64,000 nucleotides of DNA from Eledone cirrhosa (lineage: Eukaryota): NCBI GenBank assembly GCA_964016885.1, contig OZ024741.1, positions 93,806,001 to 93,870,000 of the forward strand, written 5' to 3'. Shown here in pieces: positions 25,720 to 40,300 of the stretch; within the stretch, counting starts at the first letter, position 1, and the number at the start of each line of letters is the position of its first letter. Under the pieces are notes generated by a model that was given only the letters and a program-made list of their open reading frames with translations, made no database searches and was not told where the DNA came from. The position numbers were made by a program, and so were the translations under genes.

Positions 25720-26840
25720 CCCTTTAGTGTTCAAACTGCCCGCAATTATTTCCCCTTCATTTGTTCAAACCGCCTGAAACCGGCCGATAACACCCACACT
25801 AAAATATCATTCTAAAAATAAACAATACCATCATCAAAATCTCGTCAATTTGAGATTACTGTGAGATTAGGCCCTTACCGCGAAAATTAACACTTAATAT
25901 AGTGAAACAACTTAAAACAACACGTGTTTTTTTAACGTTGAAAGTAGAACAGATTTTTTGTGTATCAACATGGCTTGTGAAAGTAGCGACACACGACGAC
26001 GTTCAGAATGAACAGATTTTTTGTGTATCAACATGGCTTGTGAAAGTAGCGATACCGACTTTGAAGGTTTTACACACGATGACGTTCAGAATGAACAAGA
26101 AACAAAAGATAATATTAGTGATTTATCATCAAATGAATCAGATGTTTATATTTCTGAAATTTCATCCGACGATGATTGTTGTTTTGAAAGTGAAAACAAA
26201 GGAGATCTCCAGGACGCCATTGAAAATATTACAGCAACGTGGTTGAAAAATACCACACCAATATATGTTCCCGATTTTATTCAAAATACTGGTCCACAAC
26301 ACATTAGCTCCCAATGCTAAAGCACTGGATTATTTCTTTTTGTTTTTACCACAAACTTTCTTCGAAGTTGTGGCAGAAGAGATTAATCGAGGAAAACCTG
26401 ATCTGTTTGGCGACCGACAGATGCTGCGGAAATGCAAGCATTTTTTACCGTAAATATTATGTTCGGTATAAAACAATTTCCAAGACTGGAATTACTGGAG
26501 CACTGATATAAGGTTTAGTGATCCTTATATATCAAGTATTATGCCGAAAACAATGTATTTAAAATTAAACCTGTATTTGCACCTAGTTGATACTTCAAAT
26601 GGCTCTATTAATTAATTTCACCTGCCCATAAAAGTCAAATTTAACCAAAAAAATCAGGTAAAATTATATAATTGTAAATTATTGATATTTAAACATCTAC
26701 TGACATAATTTCAAGCCTGCACATAGAAAATTAAGAAAATTACAAACAAATAAAATTGATAACCTTCTTGAGTATGATTAACTCAAAATAATGTGAACAG
26801 ATAAGCATGAAGTTTGAAAATTAATGCGAATGCTAAAGGG
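25720..26840 (+). mobile_element. Internally deleted piggyBac transposon with transposase N-terminal remnant
   Basis: TTAA|CCCTTTAG ... CTAAAGGG|GTAA ends. Frameshifted remnant has an acidic N-terminus (SSDTDFEGF), ALDYFFLFLP..VAEEINR, NYWSTD and YLHLVD, typical of PGBD-type transposases. Confidence 0.85.
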
Positions 26841-27349
26841 GTAAATGATGCAATTTTAGTTCTTTACCTCATTCAGCTCTAATCATTCTGACTGACTTCC
26901 TATAATCAAAGACATTTCAAGTCTACTCTCTTTTCTTTTTTCAGACCACCTTGTCCTTTTTAAGACTATTTTGAACTACATTGTAAAGATGATAGGATGT
27001 AATTTGAGGGAGATTTTGCTGCTATCTTTAGCAGGTCAAGTGACCACATAGTGGGTCTCTCATTAGCTCACATAGACATTCCCTCATTGGCTTGATACAG
27101 TCATAGTTGTGTTAAATGTTGCTGCTAAATGTTGCCCCAGAAAGTCTGGGGGCATCTCTATAGAATTAACCTTGCAACTGATGTTTTAATTATTCTCAGA
27201 TAGATTATCTATATTACTCATGATATATTTTTTGTCAAACTCTTTATATCTAGAAATATTCTAAAACAACATTTATTATGCATTACTTATGAAACATACA
27301 ATGGATGAAATGATAAAACATTCTGTAGTTAGGTTTATATACATGTCTA

Positions 27350-28215
27350 TAGTCGTTTTTGCCCACTTATTCCTGAGAGGGTCATGGGGGCAGAGTTTTC
27401 CAGCGGGTCCTGTCAGAAGCAACTCTCTCCAATTGATCCGGTTGGATCTCGAAGCGAGGTCAGCCAAGTTTATGACTGTTATCCAACCATCTTGCTTGGG
27501 GTCTACACCCTGGGTCTCCTGCTGGTTGGTTTTGCCTGAAAAAATCTGTTCAGCGATTCTTTCCTGAGACATTCTAACCACATGCCCATAGTATCAGAGC
27601 TGTGATCTCTCAATTTGGAGGAGTAGTAGCTCTACCTGGAGTGACTCTCTGATCTCCAAGCTACGCACTCCATCAAGTAATTTTACTCTAAAGACCCTTT
27701 CGGCCACTTGTATTTGCGATTGTATTCTTTTGGTCATTACACAAGATTCATGACCATAGGTAAGGGTTGGCATGACTACCCAACTGAAAATAATGAGTTT
27801 GGCTTTTACACTTACCTTTCTTCTTCTGATTACTGAATGCTGAAGCTGGTGCAGTAATTCACCAGCTCCTGCAATTCTTGTACTTAATTTAGCTTCCTGC
27901 CTTCCATCACTCATGAACATGGCCCTGAGATACTTGAACTTCTCCACTTGCTTCAGTGGAACACCATTCACATTAGAGTGCACTGTGTAGGCTTCTTTCA
28001 GAGCACGAGTGTCTCAGTTTTCGCAGCACTGATTTTCATTCCAGCCATGCAGCAGTCTGCATCAAATCTATCATGTGCAAGTTGGAGATCATCTACTTTT
28101 GAGTTAAGTAACACCATGTCGTCTGCAAATTCCAGCCGACTGATTTTACATCTGCCAGTCGTGATACCACATCCAACCTGGCTGCGCATATCAATCCTGT
28201 TTATGAAAGTAATAT
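27350..28215 (-). mobile_element. 5'-truncated decayed RTE LINE
   Basis: LEFADDMVLL, GMKISAAKTE, LKQVEKFKYL, PTLTYGHES, IERSQL. Confidence 0.85.
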
Positions 28216-30199
28216 CAATAGTTAACAACCAACATTCTCCTTTTGGTTCTAGATTTTCAGGTATACAATAAAATCATATTCAACACTTGGAATGCACTGA
28301 TAAGCAAATTGGCATGTTGGCTGATTCTCTATATTATAATTATGTATAGTAATATGAAAATGAATATTAAGTAATTGAAAGTAATATGATATTTCTTAAA
28401 TTTTATTTTTTTGTTTAAGAAGTTAAGATAAGCATAATCATTATTACTAGGAATTTTTTGAAATAATCATGTAAACAGAATCTTTATAATCTTTATAATC
28501 TTTGAATTAATTCCTTTTTAAAAGATCAATTGAACACATATTGTCTCAAGTAGGCAGGAGGGTCACTCTTCTACTTTGACACCCCTACAGGGACACCTCA
28601 TGGGGAGTCCCAAATAATTTCCATTTGAGTTTTAAAAACAGAATTGTATTACACTAATGGACTTAGATTGTGGTTCTTAGGAAACAAGATAGGTTTCTTA
28701 TGTATTTCTACATGTATTTCCAAATTTCTGTCATCCAAGATATTCTTGCTTAAAATTATGTGTCTAACAATAATTTAAAAAAAACACAAAAAACAAAAAC
28801 AAAACAGAAACAAAACAATAAATGCCTTATTAATCAGTGCACTCCTATTCAACCCTACCATTTACACTGGGTCCACATAACATGTAGCTTTGTGGTCACT
28901 CATCCTGTTAGGTATAGCTGCCCAATCTTTTTTCTAATTGCACTATACTGTCTTGGACAATATAGTTAATGATAAACATTCTAAAAAGATGGGAAAGTCA
29001 CAGCTAGAATACCATTAGTCATAGGTCTGTTGAGCCAGGGCTGAGCTGAATTTAAACAACAGCACTAAACCCACAGACCATTGTTTTTACCTCACTGTCA
29101 GCAGTGGTTGTCTTGTTGGATGTAAAATTTCAGTGATGAAATCATTCTTCCAAAGAGTATAGTTGATGTGCTAAAAAAGTCAGTCTTTTCCAGATCACTA
29201 AAGATTTATTAGGCTGGTACTCAAGTCTGGTTTCTGTTGCATTAAGCTGTAGTGAGAGAAGTATTTCCCTGGATAAGACAGTAAACCATCCCAGTTAGTT
29301 TTTTTCTCCACAGGAGGTATTGAACTTGGTATTGCAAGCCAGTGTACTTTTGTGCTGCTGCTTACCACAGTGACTTATACTACCCTTTGGTACCTACTTA
29401 CAGCTTGTTGGACTGGGCTGTTGAGCATTTAAGTGACTTAGCATGATTAACTAGGTGAGTAACTAGTATAGTAATTATATATTCTGATGCTTTCAGCATT
29501 TTAACTATCTTTGATGGATCTGCAGCTTTTCTTTTTTAGCATGCCTCTACTGAATTGCTTTGCTGATAATGCTGAATCCTAACCCCGATAGATAAACTCT
29601 TTTAGTTCAACTTGGGGTAGGCCCTCAGTATCCCATTCATACACTTTATTCACCAGCATGTTGTGATGACACTTCCATGCTTCCCATTTCTTTTCACTAG
29701 CACTGATGGAAAGTACAGAAAATCATCTTCATTGCACTTCTCCCTAATAAGGTCCTGGGTCACACAGTGCCTTGCAATTCAAAATGCTTTGTGCCTTTTC
29801 TCACAATGTAGAACTTTAGCAAATTTTCTCAGCCTCTTTATCTGAGAAAAATTAGTGTGTAGTTTCTTTATATAGCTCTTTTGTGTAATTTCTTTCACTC
29901 TTACTAGGCCTGTTGCTTAGGCCTACATCATTTTATTACTGTTGTCCACTGTTTGGCTGAGGCCTGGCTTCAACTACAGAAATGGTCTGTGTGTTCCAGC
30001 AGATTTCCCCTCCATAAGAATACCCACTTGTTCTTTATATTATAGTTCTCTACTTCCATTCTCTCTTTCTAAATACTCATTATCATCTACTGGTAATTGA
30101 AAGTTACAACTAACAGATTTCAATTCTCATACCACTCTTCCCCATAGAAAATACATTAAATATTACAGATAATAAATTCAAATTTTTCTTGTATTACAG

Positions 30200-30447
30200 T
30201 ATAGCGTCAAGCTTGAGAAAGGTGACTATACAATTCTGCTACAGATTCGACATGACAATCGTGAAATGGTGGAAAAACTGAAAGATACTGTGTTGATTCT
30301 GCACCATCGTCTGCAGAATGCACTCTTCTTGGACATCCATGCATGTTGGCAGAACACCCTTTCACCTCAGGCCAAGAAATTATGCTCCCTGTGTGCCCAC
30401 AAAGGCACCACTTATCCGTTATTTTTCTGTCCTTTACCAGATGATAA
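30200..30447 (+). CDS. TPP2: TPP2 internal exon (YSVKLEKGDYTILLQIRHD...PLPDD)
   Basis: acag|TAT...AA|gtgagt, 248 nt, phase 0-2. Confidence 0.97.
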
Positions 30448-30699
30448 GTGAGTCTGTCTATGGAATGTTTCTTTTTCTTCTGCATCTATTTTTTACTTAC
30501 TTTTGTTTTTTTATTTTTTGTACATTTTAAAAAAGATTTTTTACATATTTTAAAAAAGATGTTTTTCTCTTATTTTAGTTCTAAAAATTCTTGTTTAAAT
30601 CTTTATGTCTGTTTAGTCATTGCAAATAGATATATATTGAATCAGTTTTATAACTGATTGTTGTGCTGTAGATATCTAAGCTGGAATCGCACACTTATG

Positions 30700-32100
30700 T
30701 AGATCTATTGGGAAAGCAACCGGTCCATCAGGTATAGCTGCTGAGATGCTGAAAGCATCTGGGTCGGTAAGTCACACCATAACCACACGTATTGTCAACC
30801 AAATAATACTAGATGGCGTCATACCAAATGATTGGCGCAGCAGCATCATTGTCAACTGCTACAAGGGTAAAGATGTACTAGATAGAGGAAACTATAGAGG
30901 TATAAAGCTGATGGACCAAGTCATGAAAGTAACAGAATGAGTTATAGCACAGCTGATTAGCGACCGGGTAAATCTAGATGAGATGCAGTTTGGGTTTGTG
31001 CCATGCAAAACCACCACCTGATGCTCTCTTCTGGCATTTGTCGATCAGGAAAATGTCTTTGACAGAGTGCCCCATGCTATAATCTGTTCTTAGCCGTCTC
31101 CTGTTTATTATCATATTGTAGGCTATAACAAGAGGAGTTTAAGACAGGATGCTCATGGGAACTTCTGTATGCAGATGATCTTACACTTATAGCTGAATCT
31201 ATGGTATAATTAGAGAAGAAATTCCAAACATGGAAGAAGGGGTCTCAAAGTCAACCTGACAAAGACCAAGGTCCTCGTAAATAGAGGAGAAAGCAGAACT
31301 TAGATCCCCTCAGCGAAATGGCCTTGCTCAGTATGTAGGAAAGGTGTAGGTAGAAACTCCATCCTCTGCCCCAAATGCAAACAATGAGAGATGTTGTGAG
31401 ATCTTAGGAAGTTTAGCTAAGACTAGGCTTTATATGTAGCAGTTGCACCAGGACAGTAAGCAGCAAACGACCACAGGAAACAATCACGCCCAAATTCTGG
31501 GAGGGCCTTGTAGAAACAGTAGACAGCTTCTGCTACCTAGGTGACCGAATTAGCAGCGGAAGTGGGTGTTCGGAAAGTACAATAGCCAGGGTAAGAACAG
31601 GTTGGAAGAAGTTCTAGGAGCTAATACCACTGCTAGCTGCAAAAGGCTTTTACCTCAAAATGAAAGGCAGACTGTATGGTGCGTGCATATGAACAGCAAT
31701 GTTGCATGGAAGTGAAACCTGGGCGTTGTATGCAGAAGACTTGTGTAGATTAGAAAGAAATGAAGCTTACATGCTCTGATGGATGTGTAATAGTAATATA
31801 TGTGAACAGCAAAGCATAAACGAATTGAGAGAGAATCTAGGCATAAGAGGAATCAAATGCTGTGTGCAGGAGAGGAGATTATGTTGGTATGGGCATATGA
31901 TGTGTATGAAGGATGACAGCTTCATAAAAAGGTGCAGAGTGCTAAATGTCGATGGAAGCCATGGAGTGAGGAGACCCAAGAAGACCTGAGATGTGATAAA
32001 ACCTGATCTTGCCTAATTGCACCTCTCAAAGGCGATGACAGATGACCAAGATCTCTGGTGTTACGCAGTAATATAGAAGACCCGACCTCCCACGGGTACA
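30700..32100 (+). mobile_element. Decayed RTE LINE (RT and 3' part)
   Basis: GPSGIAAEML, NYRGIKLMDQVMK, ELLYADDL, FCYLGD and RRLCWYGH, with stops. Confidence 0.85.
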
Positions 32101-32885
32101 AGCCGAAGCTGAAGCATATAGATAGTATGCCCTCACCCCTTCCCACTGTAAAGTGGTTGTGTAGGTGTCACTACAAAAGAGCACTCAGTCCACACTGTAA
32201 GATGGTCGTGTAGGCACCACGATAAAAAGCACCTAGTACTTACTGTAAATGAGGTTGGTGTTAGGAAGGGCATCCAGCTGTAGAAATCAAGCCAAAATTA
32301 GTTCTGTATGAGCAAGACATGGTCACCTCACCTTAAATTGCCCACAACAGGACAAGATTCAAGAAGAATGGACATAAAACAGTGATGATTGTAGTTTGCT
32401 TGAAACATTGTGTAAAGTGTAAAAAATAGTGTTTTGTTTGAAAGCTACACAATGTTAATTGGATAGTAAATGTTAAAAAATATGATAACAATGATGTTGA
32501 TGTTACAGTTCTTTATAGGTCCTTATGTTTTGGGATAAAAACCTTTCATTAACAGAAGAAACTAGTATATTTTTTGTTGTATTTCAGCTGCCATTTTGCG
32601 AAAATATTCAGCTTAAGAACAACAAAAAATATATAGTTTTGCATTTGTTTCTTTTGATGAAGGGATTTTATCCTAAAATATAAGGACCTATAAAGAATTG
32701 TAAAGATCTGTCAGGAAACATCCCAACATCGTTATATTTTTAACATTTACCACCCAATTCACATTAAGGTAGCCTTCAAATAAAACACTATTTTCTAACA
32801 TAATGTATGTTTATATGTAGAAAGTGATTGTATATTTGTAGAGCAAGACTGACTTTTCTGTACGAATATCTTATTTTCATTTCAG

Positions 32886-32964
32886 ACTTCCAAAATCACA
32901 TGGTCCTGGAAATTACCTAACTGGATCATTGTTTGTTTTAAAAGATGAACCTGTCAAAAAATCT
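32886..32964 (+). CDS. TPP2: TPP2 internal exon (LPKSHGPGNYLTGSL...KKS)
   Basis: tcag|A...TCT|gtaagc, 79 nt, phase 2-0. Confidence 0.94.
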
Positions 32965-33960
32965 GTAAGCTACTTTATTCCCTTATTTTTTTCTATTATT
33001 TGTTTACTGATTTTGGTCATTAGACAGTAAACATACTAGAGCACTACCTTGAAGGGATTTAGTTCATCATATCAACTTCAGTACTTATTGTTTAATCAAT
33101 CTCCATGTTGAATTGATAAGTTATAGGAAATAAACAAACACTGAAACATACACCCATGCACCCATGTGTGTGCGTGTTTGTGTGCAATGGGCTTCTGCGC
33201 AGTTTCTACCTACAAAATTTCATTCACAAGGCATTGGTTAACCTGAAGCTATAGTAGAAGACACTTGCTCAAAGTGCAATGCAGTGGGATTGAACCAGAA
33301 AACAAGTGTTTGCAAAATGAACTATTTACTAGCGTTGTCAGTGATCTAGGCTTCTGCCAAATCTCTCTTAAATCACAGTCTGTTATTTTAAATAAAAGAT
33401 ACATTGGACAATGTAGTCCCTGATATACAAATAATGGATGGTCATGTCGTGAACAATAAAACACAAAATGTATATCATTTTAAACAAGTTTTAACTTGTT
33501 TATTTTCTAATTTCTTTCTGTTCGCTTTAAATCAATCTTTTTACCTCATGTCTATCCTTCTTACCCCATCTCTTCTCCCCTCTTTTTCACTGAGCGGCAT
33601 ACAATATAATCCACTATACATTATGAAATATGTCCTATTGGTCTTATAACCTTTAAATGGGGAAGAAGGAATTGTTTGGCAATGTTGTTGTTTACCTTCA
33701 AGTCAACCCTAACTAAATAAATTTATGATAGGATGGGCTTGGAGGTAATATTTAGATCTTATTTCAAACAAGGTAGAAGCACTCTCTATATTGTAAACTG
33801 TTCTATCCCAAGCAAGTAAAGGAAAAAAACTTTCAAACCCCCAGAAATATGTTTATATGTAGAAAGTAAATATATATTTGTGGTGATAATAGTGATGGCT
33901 TAAGATAATAGTGATGGCTTCTAGTGATATATATGTGGTCTGTTTTTTTTTCTTTTGCAG

Positions 33961-34109
33961 ACCTCTGTGCCTTTCAAGTACATACTCACAGAATGTGTGA
34001 AGAAGACTAAAAACTCCAATGGCAAGAACAATAAAGAAACCAAGGAGAAAACGGCTGAGGAAGAATATGAAGAAGCTCTACGTGATTTAAAGATTTCTTG
34101 GTTGACAAA
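33961..34109 (+). CDS. TPP2: TPP2 internal exon (TSVPFKY...EEALRDLKISWLTK)
   Basis: gcag|ACC...AA|gtaatt, 149 nt, phase 0-2. Confidence 0.95.
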
Positions 34110-34346
34110 GTAATTGTCATCAGTTCTCTTCATATTAATTACTGGATGTCATTTATCTTTTATAGTTATGACTTTTGTTCATTTATGTTTTTTTTATAGT
34201 TCATTTATTTATTTCCTTCTTTCATTCACTATCTTTTATACTCCTTCCTTCCTTTCATTTATCATCCTTCCTTTCATTTATCATCCTTCATTCCTTCCAT
34301 ACATCATCTGTTATAGTCTTTTCTTTCTTCCATCATCTTTTATACA

Positions 34347-37300
34347 TCTTCCTTCCTCTCAGTCACTATCATGTATAATCCTTCCTTCCTTTCAGTCACT
34401 ATCATGTATAATCCTTCCTTCCTCTTAGTCACTATCATGTATAATCCTTCCTTCCTCTCAGTCACTCATGTATAATCCTTCCTTCCTCTCAGTCACTATC
34501 ATGTATAATGCTTCCTTCCTCTCAGTCACTATCATGTATAATCCTTCCTTCCTCTCAGTCACTCATGTATAATCCTTCCTTCCTCTCAGTCACTCATGTA
34601 TAATCCTTCCTTCCTCTCAGTCACTATTATGTACAATCCTTCCTTCCTCTCAGTCACTATCATGTATAATCCTTCCTTCCTCTCAGTCACTCATGTATAT
34701 CCTTCCTTCCTCTCAGTCACTCATGTATAATCCTTCCTTCCTCTCAGTCACTATCATGTATAATCCTTCCTTCCTCTCAGTCACTCATGTATAATCCTTC
34801 CTTCCTCTCAGTCACTCATGTATAATCCTTCCTTCCTCTCAGTCACTATTATGTACAATCCTTCCTTCCTCTCAGTCACTATCATGTATAATCCTTCCTT
34901 CCTCTCAGTCACTCATGTATATCCTTCCTTCCTCTCAGTCACTCATGTATATCCTTCCTTCCTCTGTCACTATTATGTACAATCCTTCCTTCCTCTCAGT
35001 CACTATCATGTATAATCCTTCCTTCCTCTCAGTCACTATCATGTATAATCCTTCCTTCCTCTCAGTCACTATCATGTATAATGCTTCCTTCCTCTCAGTC
35101 ACTATCATGTATAATGCTTCCTTCCTCTCAGTCACTATCATGTATAATCCTTCCTTCCTCTCAGTCACTATCATGTATAATGCTTCCTTCCTCTCAGTCA
35201 CTATTATGTACAATCCTTCCTTCTTCTCAGTCACTATCATGTATAATCCTTCCTTCCTTCCTCTCAGTCACTATCATGTATAATCCTTCCTTCCTCTCAG
35301 TCACTATCATGTATAATCCTTCCTTCCTCTCAGTCACTATCATGTATAATCCTTCCTTCCTCTCAGTCACTATCATGTATAATCCTTCCTTCCTCTCAGT
35401 CACTATCATGTATAATCCTTCCTCCCTCTCAGTCACTATCATGTATAATCCTTCCTTCCTCTCAGTCACTATCATGTATAATCCTTCCTTCCTCTCAGTC
35501 ACTATCATGTATAATCCTTCCTTTTTCTCAGTCACTCATGTACAATCCTTCCTTCCTCTCAGTCACTATCATGTATAATGCTTCCTTCCTCTCAGTCACT
35601 ATCATGTATAATCCTTCCTTCCTCTCAGTCACTATCATGTATAATCCTTCCTTCCTCTCAGTCACTCATGTATAATCCTTCCTTCCTCTCAGTCACTATT
35701 ATGTATAATCCTTCCTTCCTCTCAGTCACTATCATGTATAATCCTTCCTTCCTCTCAGTCACAATCATGTATAATCCTTCCTTCCTCTCAGTCACTATCA
35801 TGTATAATCCTTCCTTCCTCTCAGTCACTATCATGTATAATCCTTCCTTCCTCTCAGTCACTATCATGTATAATCCTTCCTTCCTTTCAGTCACTATCGT
35901 GTATAATCCTTCCTTCCTTTCAGTCGCTATCATGTATAATCCTTCCTTCCTCTCAGTCACTATCATGTATAATCCTTCCTTCCTCTCAGTCACTCATGTA
36001 TATCCTTCCTTCCTCTCAGTCATTCATGTATAATCCTTCCTTCCTCTCAGTCACTATTATGTACAATCCTTCCTTCCTCTCAGTCACTATCATGTATAAT
36101 CCTTCCTTCCTCTCAGTCACTATCATGCATAATGCTTCCTTCCTCTCAGTCACTATCATGTATAATCCTTCCTTCCTCTCAGTCACTCATGTATAATCCT
36201 TCCTTCCTCTCAGTCACTATCATGTATAATCCTTCCTTCCTCTCAGTAACTATTATGTATAATCCTTCCTTCCTCTCAGTCACTATTATGTATAATCCTT
36301 CCTTCCTCTCAGTCACTATCATGTATAATCCTTCCTTCCTCTCAGTAACTATTATGTATAATCCTTCCTTCCCCTCAGTCACTATTATGTACAATCCTTC
36401 CTTCCTCTCAGTCACTATCATGTATAATCCTTCCTTCCTCTCAGTCACTATTATGTGCAATCCTTCCTTCCTCTCAGTCACTATCATGTATAATCCTTCC
36501 TTCCTCTCAGTCACTATCATGTATAATCCTTCCTTCCTCTCAGTCACTATCATGTATAATGCTTCCTTCCTCTCAGTCACTATCATGTATAATCCTTCCT
36601 TCCTCTCAGTCACTATCATGTATAATCCTTCCTTCCTCTCAGTCACTATCATGTATAATCCTTCCTTCCTCTGTCACTATTATGTGCAATCCTTCCTTCC
36701 TCTCAGTCACTATCATGTATAATGCTTCCTTCCTCTGTCACTATTATGTGCAATCCTTCCTTCCTCTCAGTCACTATCATGTATAATCCTTCCTTCCTCT
36801 CAGTCACTATCATGTATAATGCTTCCTTCCTCTCAGTCACTATCATGTATAATCCTTCCTTCCTCTCAGTCACTCATGTACAATCCTTCCTTCCTTTCAG
36901 TCACTATCATGTATAATCCTTCCTTCCTCTCAGTCACTATTACGTACAATCCTTCCTTCCTTTCAGTCACTATCATGTATAATCCTTCCTTCCTCTCAGT
37001 CACTATCACGTACAATCCTTCCTTCCTCTCAGTCACTATCATGTATAATCCTTCCTTCCTCTCAGTCACTATTACGTACAATCCTTCCTTCCTCTCAGTC
37101 ACTATCATGTATAATCCTTCCTTCCTCTCAGTCACTATCATGTATAATCCTTCCTTCCTCTCAGTCACTATTACGTACAATCCTTCCTTCCTCTCAGTCA
37201 CTATCATGTACAATCCTTCCTTCCTTCCTCTCAGTCACTATCATGTACAATCCTTCCTACCTTTCAGTCACTATCATGTACAATCCTTCCTCTCAGTCAC

Positions 37301-40300
37301 TATCATGTATAATGCTTCCTTCCTCTCAGTCACTATCATGTATAATCCTTCCTTCCTCTCAGTCACTCATGTATAATCCTTCCTTCCTCTCAGTTACTAT
37401 CATGTATAATCCTTCCTTCCTCTCAGTCACTATCATGTATAATCCTTCCTTCCTCTCAGTCACTCATGTATGATCCTTCCTTCCTCTCAGTCACTATCAT
37501 GTATAATCCTTCCTTCCTCTCAGTCACTCATGTATAATCCTTCCTTCCTCTCAGTCACTCATGTATGATCCTTCCTTCCTCTCAGTCACTATTATGTACA
37601 ATCCTTCCTTCCTCTCAGTCACTATTATGTATAATCCTTCCTTTCTCTCAGTCACTATTATGTATAATCCTTCCTTCCTCTCAGTCACTATTATGTACAA
37701 TCCTTCCTTCCTCTCAGTCACTATCATGTATAATCCTTCCTTCCTCTCAGTCACTCATGTATATCCTTCCTTCCTCTCAGTCACTCATGTATATCCTTCC
37801 TTCCTCTGTCACTATTATGTACAATCCTTCCTTCCTCTCAGTCACTATCATGTATAATCCTTCCTTCCTCTCACTCACTATCATGTATAATCCTTCCTTC
37901 CTCTCAGTCACTATCATGTATAATGCTTCCTTCCTCTCAGTCACTATCATGTATAATCCTTTCTTCCTCTCAGTCACTATCATGTATAATCCTTCCTTCT
38001 TCTCAGTCACTATCATGTACAATCCTTCCTTCCTCTCAGTCACTATCATGTATAATCCTTCCTTCCTCTCAGTCACTATCATGTACAATCCTTCCTTCCT
38101 CTCAGTCACTATCATGTACAATCCTTCCTTCCTCTCAGTCACAATCATGTATAATCCTTCCTTCCTCTCAGTCACTATTATGTATAATCCTTCCTTCCTC
38201 TCAGTCACTATTATGTACAATCCTTCCTTCCTCTCAGTCACTATCATGTATAATCCTTCCTTCCTCTCAGTCACTATTATGTACAATCCTTCCTTCCTCT
38301 CAGTCACTATTATGTACAATCCTTCCTTCCTCTCAGTCACTCATGTATATCCTTCCTTCCTCTCTGTCACTCATGTATAATCCTTCCTTCCTCTCAGTCA
38401 CTATTATGTACAATCCTTCCTTCCTCTCAGTCACTATCATGTATAATCCTTCCTTCCTCTCAGTCACTATCATGTATAATCCTTCCTTCCTCTCAGTCAC
38501 TATTATGTACAATCCTTCCTTCCTCTCAGTCACTATCATGTATAATCCTTCCTTCCTCTCAGTCACTATCACGTACAATCCTTCCTTCCTCTCAGTCACT
38601 ATTATGTACAATCCTTCCTTCCTCTCAGTCACTATCATGTATAATCCTTCCTTCCTCTCAGTCACTATCATGTATAATCCTTCCTTCCTCTCAGTCACTA
38701 TTATGTACAATCCTTCCTTCCTCTCAGTCACTATCATGTATAATCCTTCCTTCCTCTCAGTCACTATCATGTATAATCCTTCCTTCCTCTCAGTCACAAT
38801 CATGTATAATCCTTCCTTCCTCTCAGTCACTATCGTGTATAATCCTTCCTTCCTCTCAGTCACTATCATGTATAATCCTTCCTTCCTCTCAGTCACTATC
38901 ATGTATAATCCTTCCTTCCTCTCAGTCACTCATGTATAATCCTTCCTTCCTCTCAGTCACTATCATGTATAATCCTTCCTTCCTCTCAGTCACTATCATG
39001 TATAATCCTTCCTTCCTCTCAGTCACTATCATGTATAATCCTTCCTTCCTCTCAGTCACTATCATGTATAATCCTTCCTTCCTCTCAGTCACTCATGTAT
39101 ATCCTTCCTTCCTCTCAGTCATTCATGTATAATCCTTCCTTCCTCTGTCACTATTATGTACAATCCTTCCTTCCTCTCAGTCACTATCATCTATAATCCT
39201 TCCTTCCTCTCAGTCACTATCATGTATAATCCTTCCTTCCTCTCAGTCACTATCATGTATAATGCTTCCTTCCTCTCAGTCACTATCATGTATAATCCTT
39301 CCTTCCTCTCAGTCACTCATGTATATCCTTCCTTCCTCTCAGTCACTCATGTATAATCCTTCCTTCCTCTGTCACTATCATGTATAATGCTTCCTTCCTC
39401 TCAGTCACTATCATGTATAATGCTTCCTTCCTCTCAGTCACTATCATGTATAATCCTTCCTTCCTCTCAGTCACTATCATGTACAATCCTTCCTTCCTCT
39501 CAGTCACTATCATGTATAATCCTTCCTTCCTCTCAGTCACTATCATGTATAATCCTTCCTTCCTCTCAGTCACTATCATGTATAATGCTTCCTTCCTCTC
39601 AGTCACTATCATGTATAATCCTTCCTTCCTCTCAGTCACTATCATGTACAATCCTTCCTTCCTCTCAGTCACTATCATGCATAATCCTTCCTTCCTCTCA
39701 GTCACTATCACGCACAATCCTTCCTTCCTCTCAGTCACTATCATGTATAATCCTTCCTTCCTCTCAGTCACTATTACATACAATCCTTCCTTCCTCTCAG
39801 TCACTATCATGTATAATCCTTCCTTCCTCTCAGTCACTATCATGTATAATCCTTCCTTCCTCTCAGTCACTCATGTATAATCCTTCCTTCCTCTCAGTCA
39901 CTATTATGTACAATCCTTCCTTCCTCTCAGTCACTATCATGTATAATGCTTCCTTCCTCTCAGTCACTATCATGTATAATCCTTCCTTCCTTTCAGTCAC
40001 TATCATGTATAATGCTTCCTTCCTCTCAGTCACTATCATGTATAATCCATCCTTCCTCTCAGTCACTATCATGTATAATCCATCCTTCCTCTCAGTCACT
40101 ATCATGTATAATCCTTCCTTCCTCTCAGTCACTATCATGTATAATCCATCCTTCCTCTCAGTCACTATCATGTATAATCCTTCCTTCCTTTCAGTCACTA
40201 TCATGTATAATCCTTCCTTCCTCTCAGTCACTATCATGTATAATCCTTCCTTCCTCTCAGTCACTCATGTATAATCCTTCCTTCCTCTCAGTCACTATCA

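Noticed and set aside
32965-33960. Possible short alternative exon at the position where mammalian TPP2 has one
   Set aside because: No convincing in-frame microexon with splice sites is visible.
34374-34379. TATAAT (bacterial -10 box) in most minisatellite units
   Set aside because: Eukaryotic context with no promoter architecture. Coincidental.
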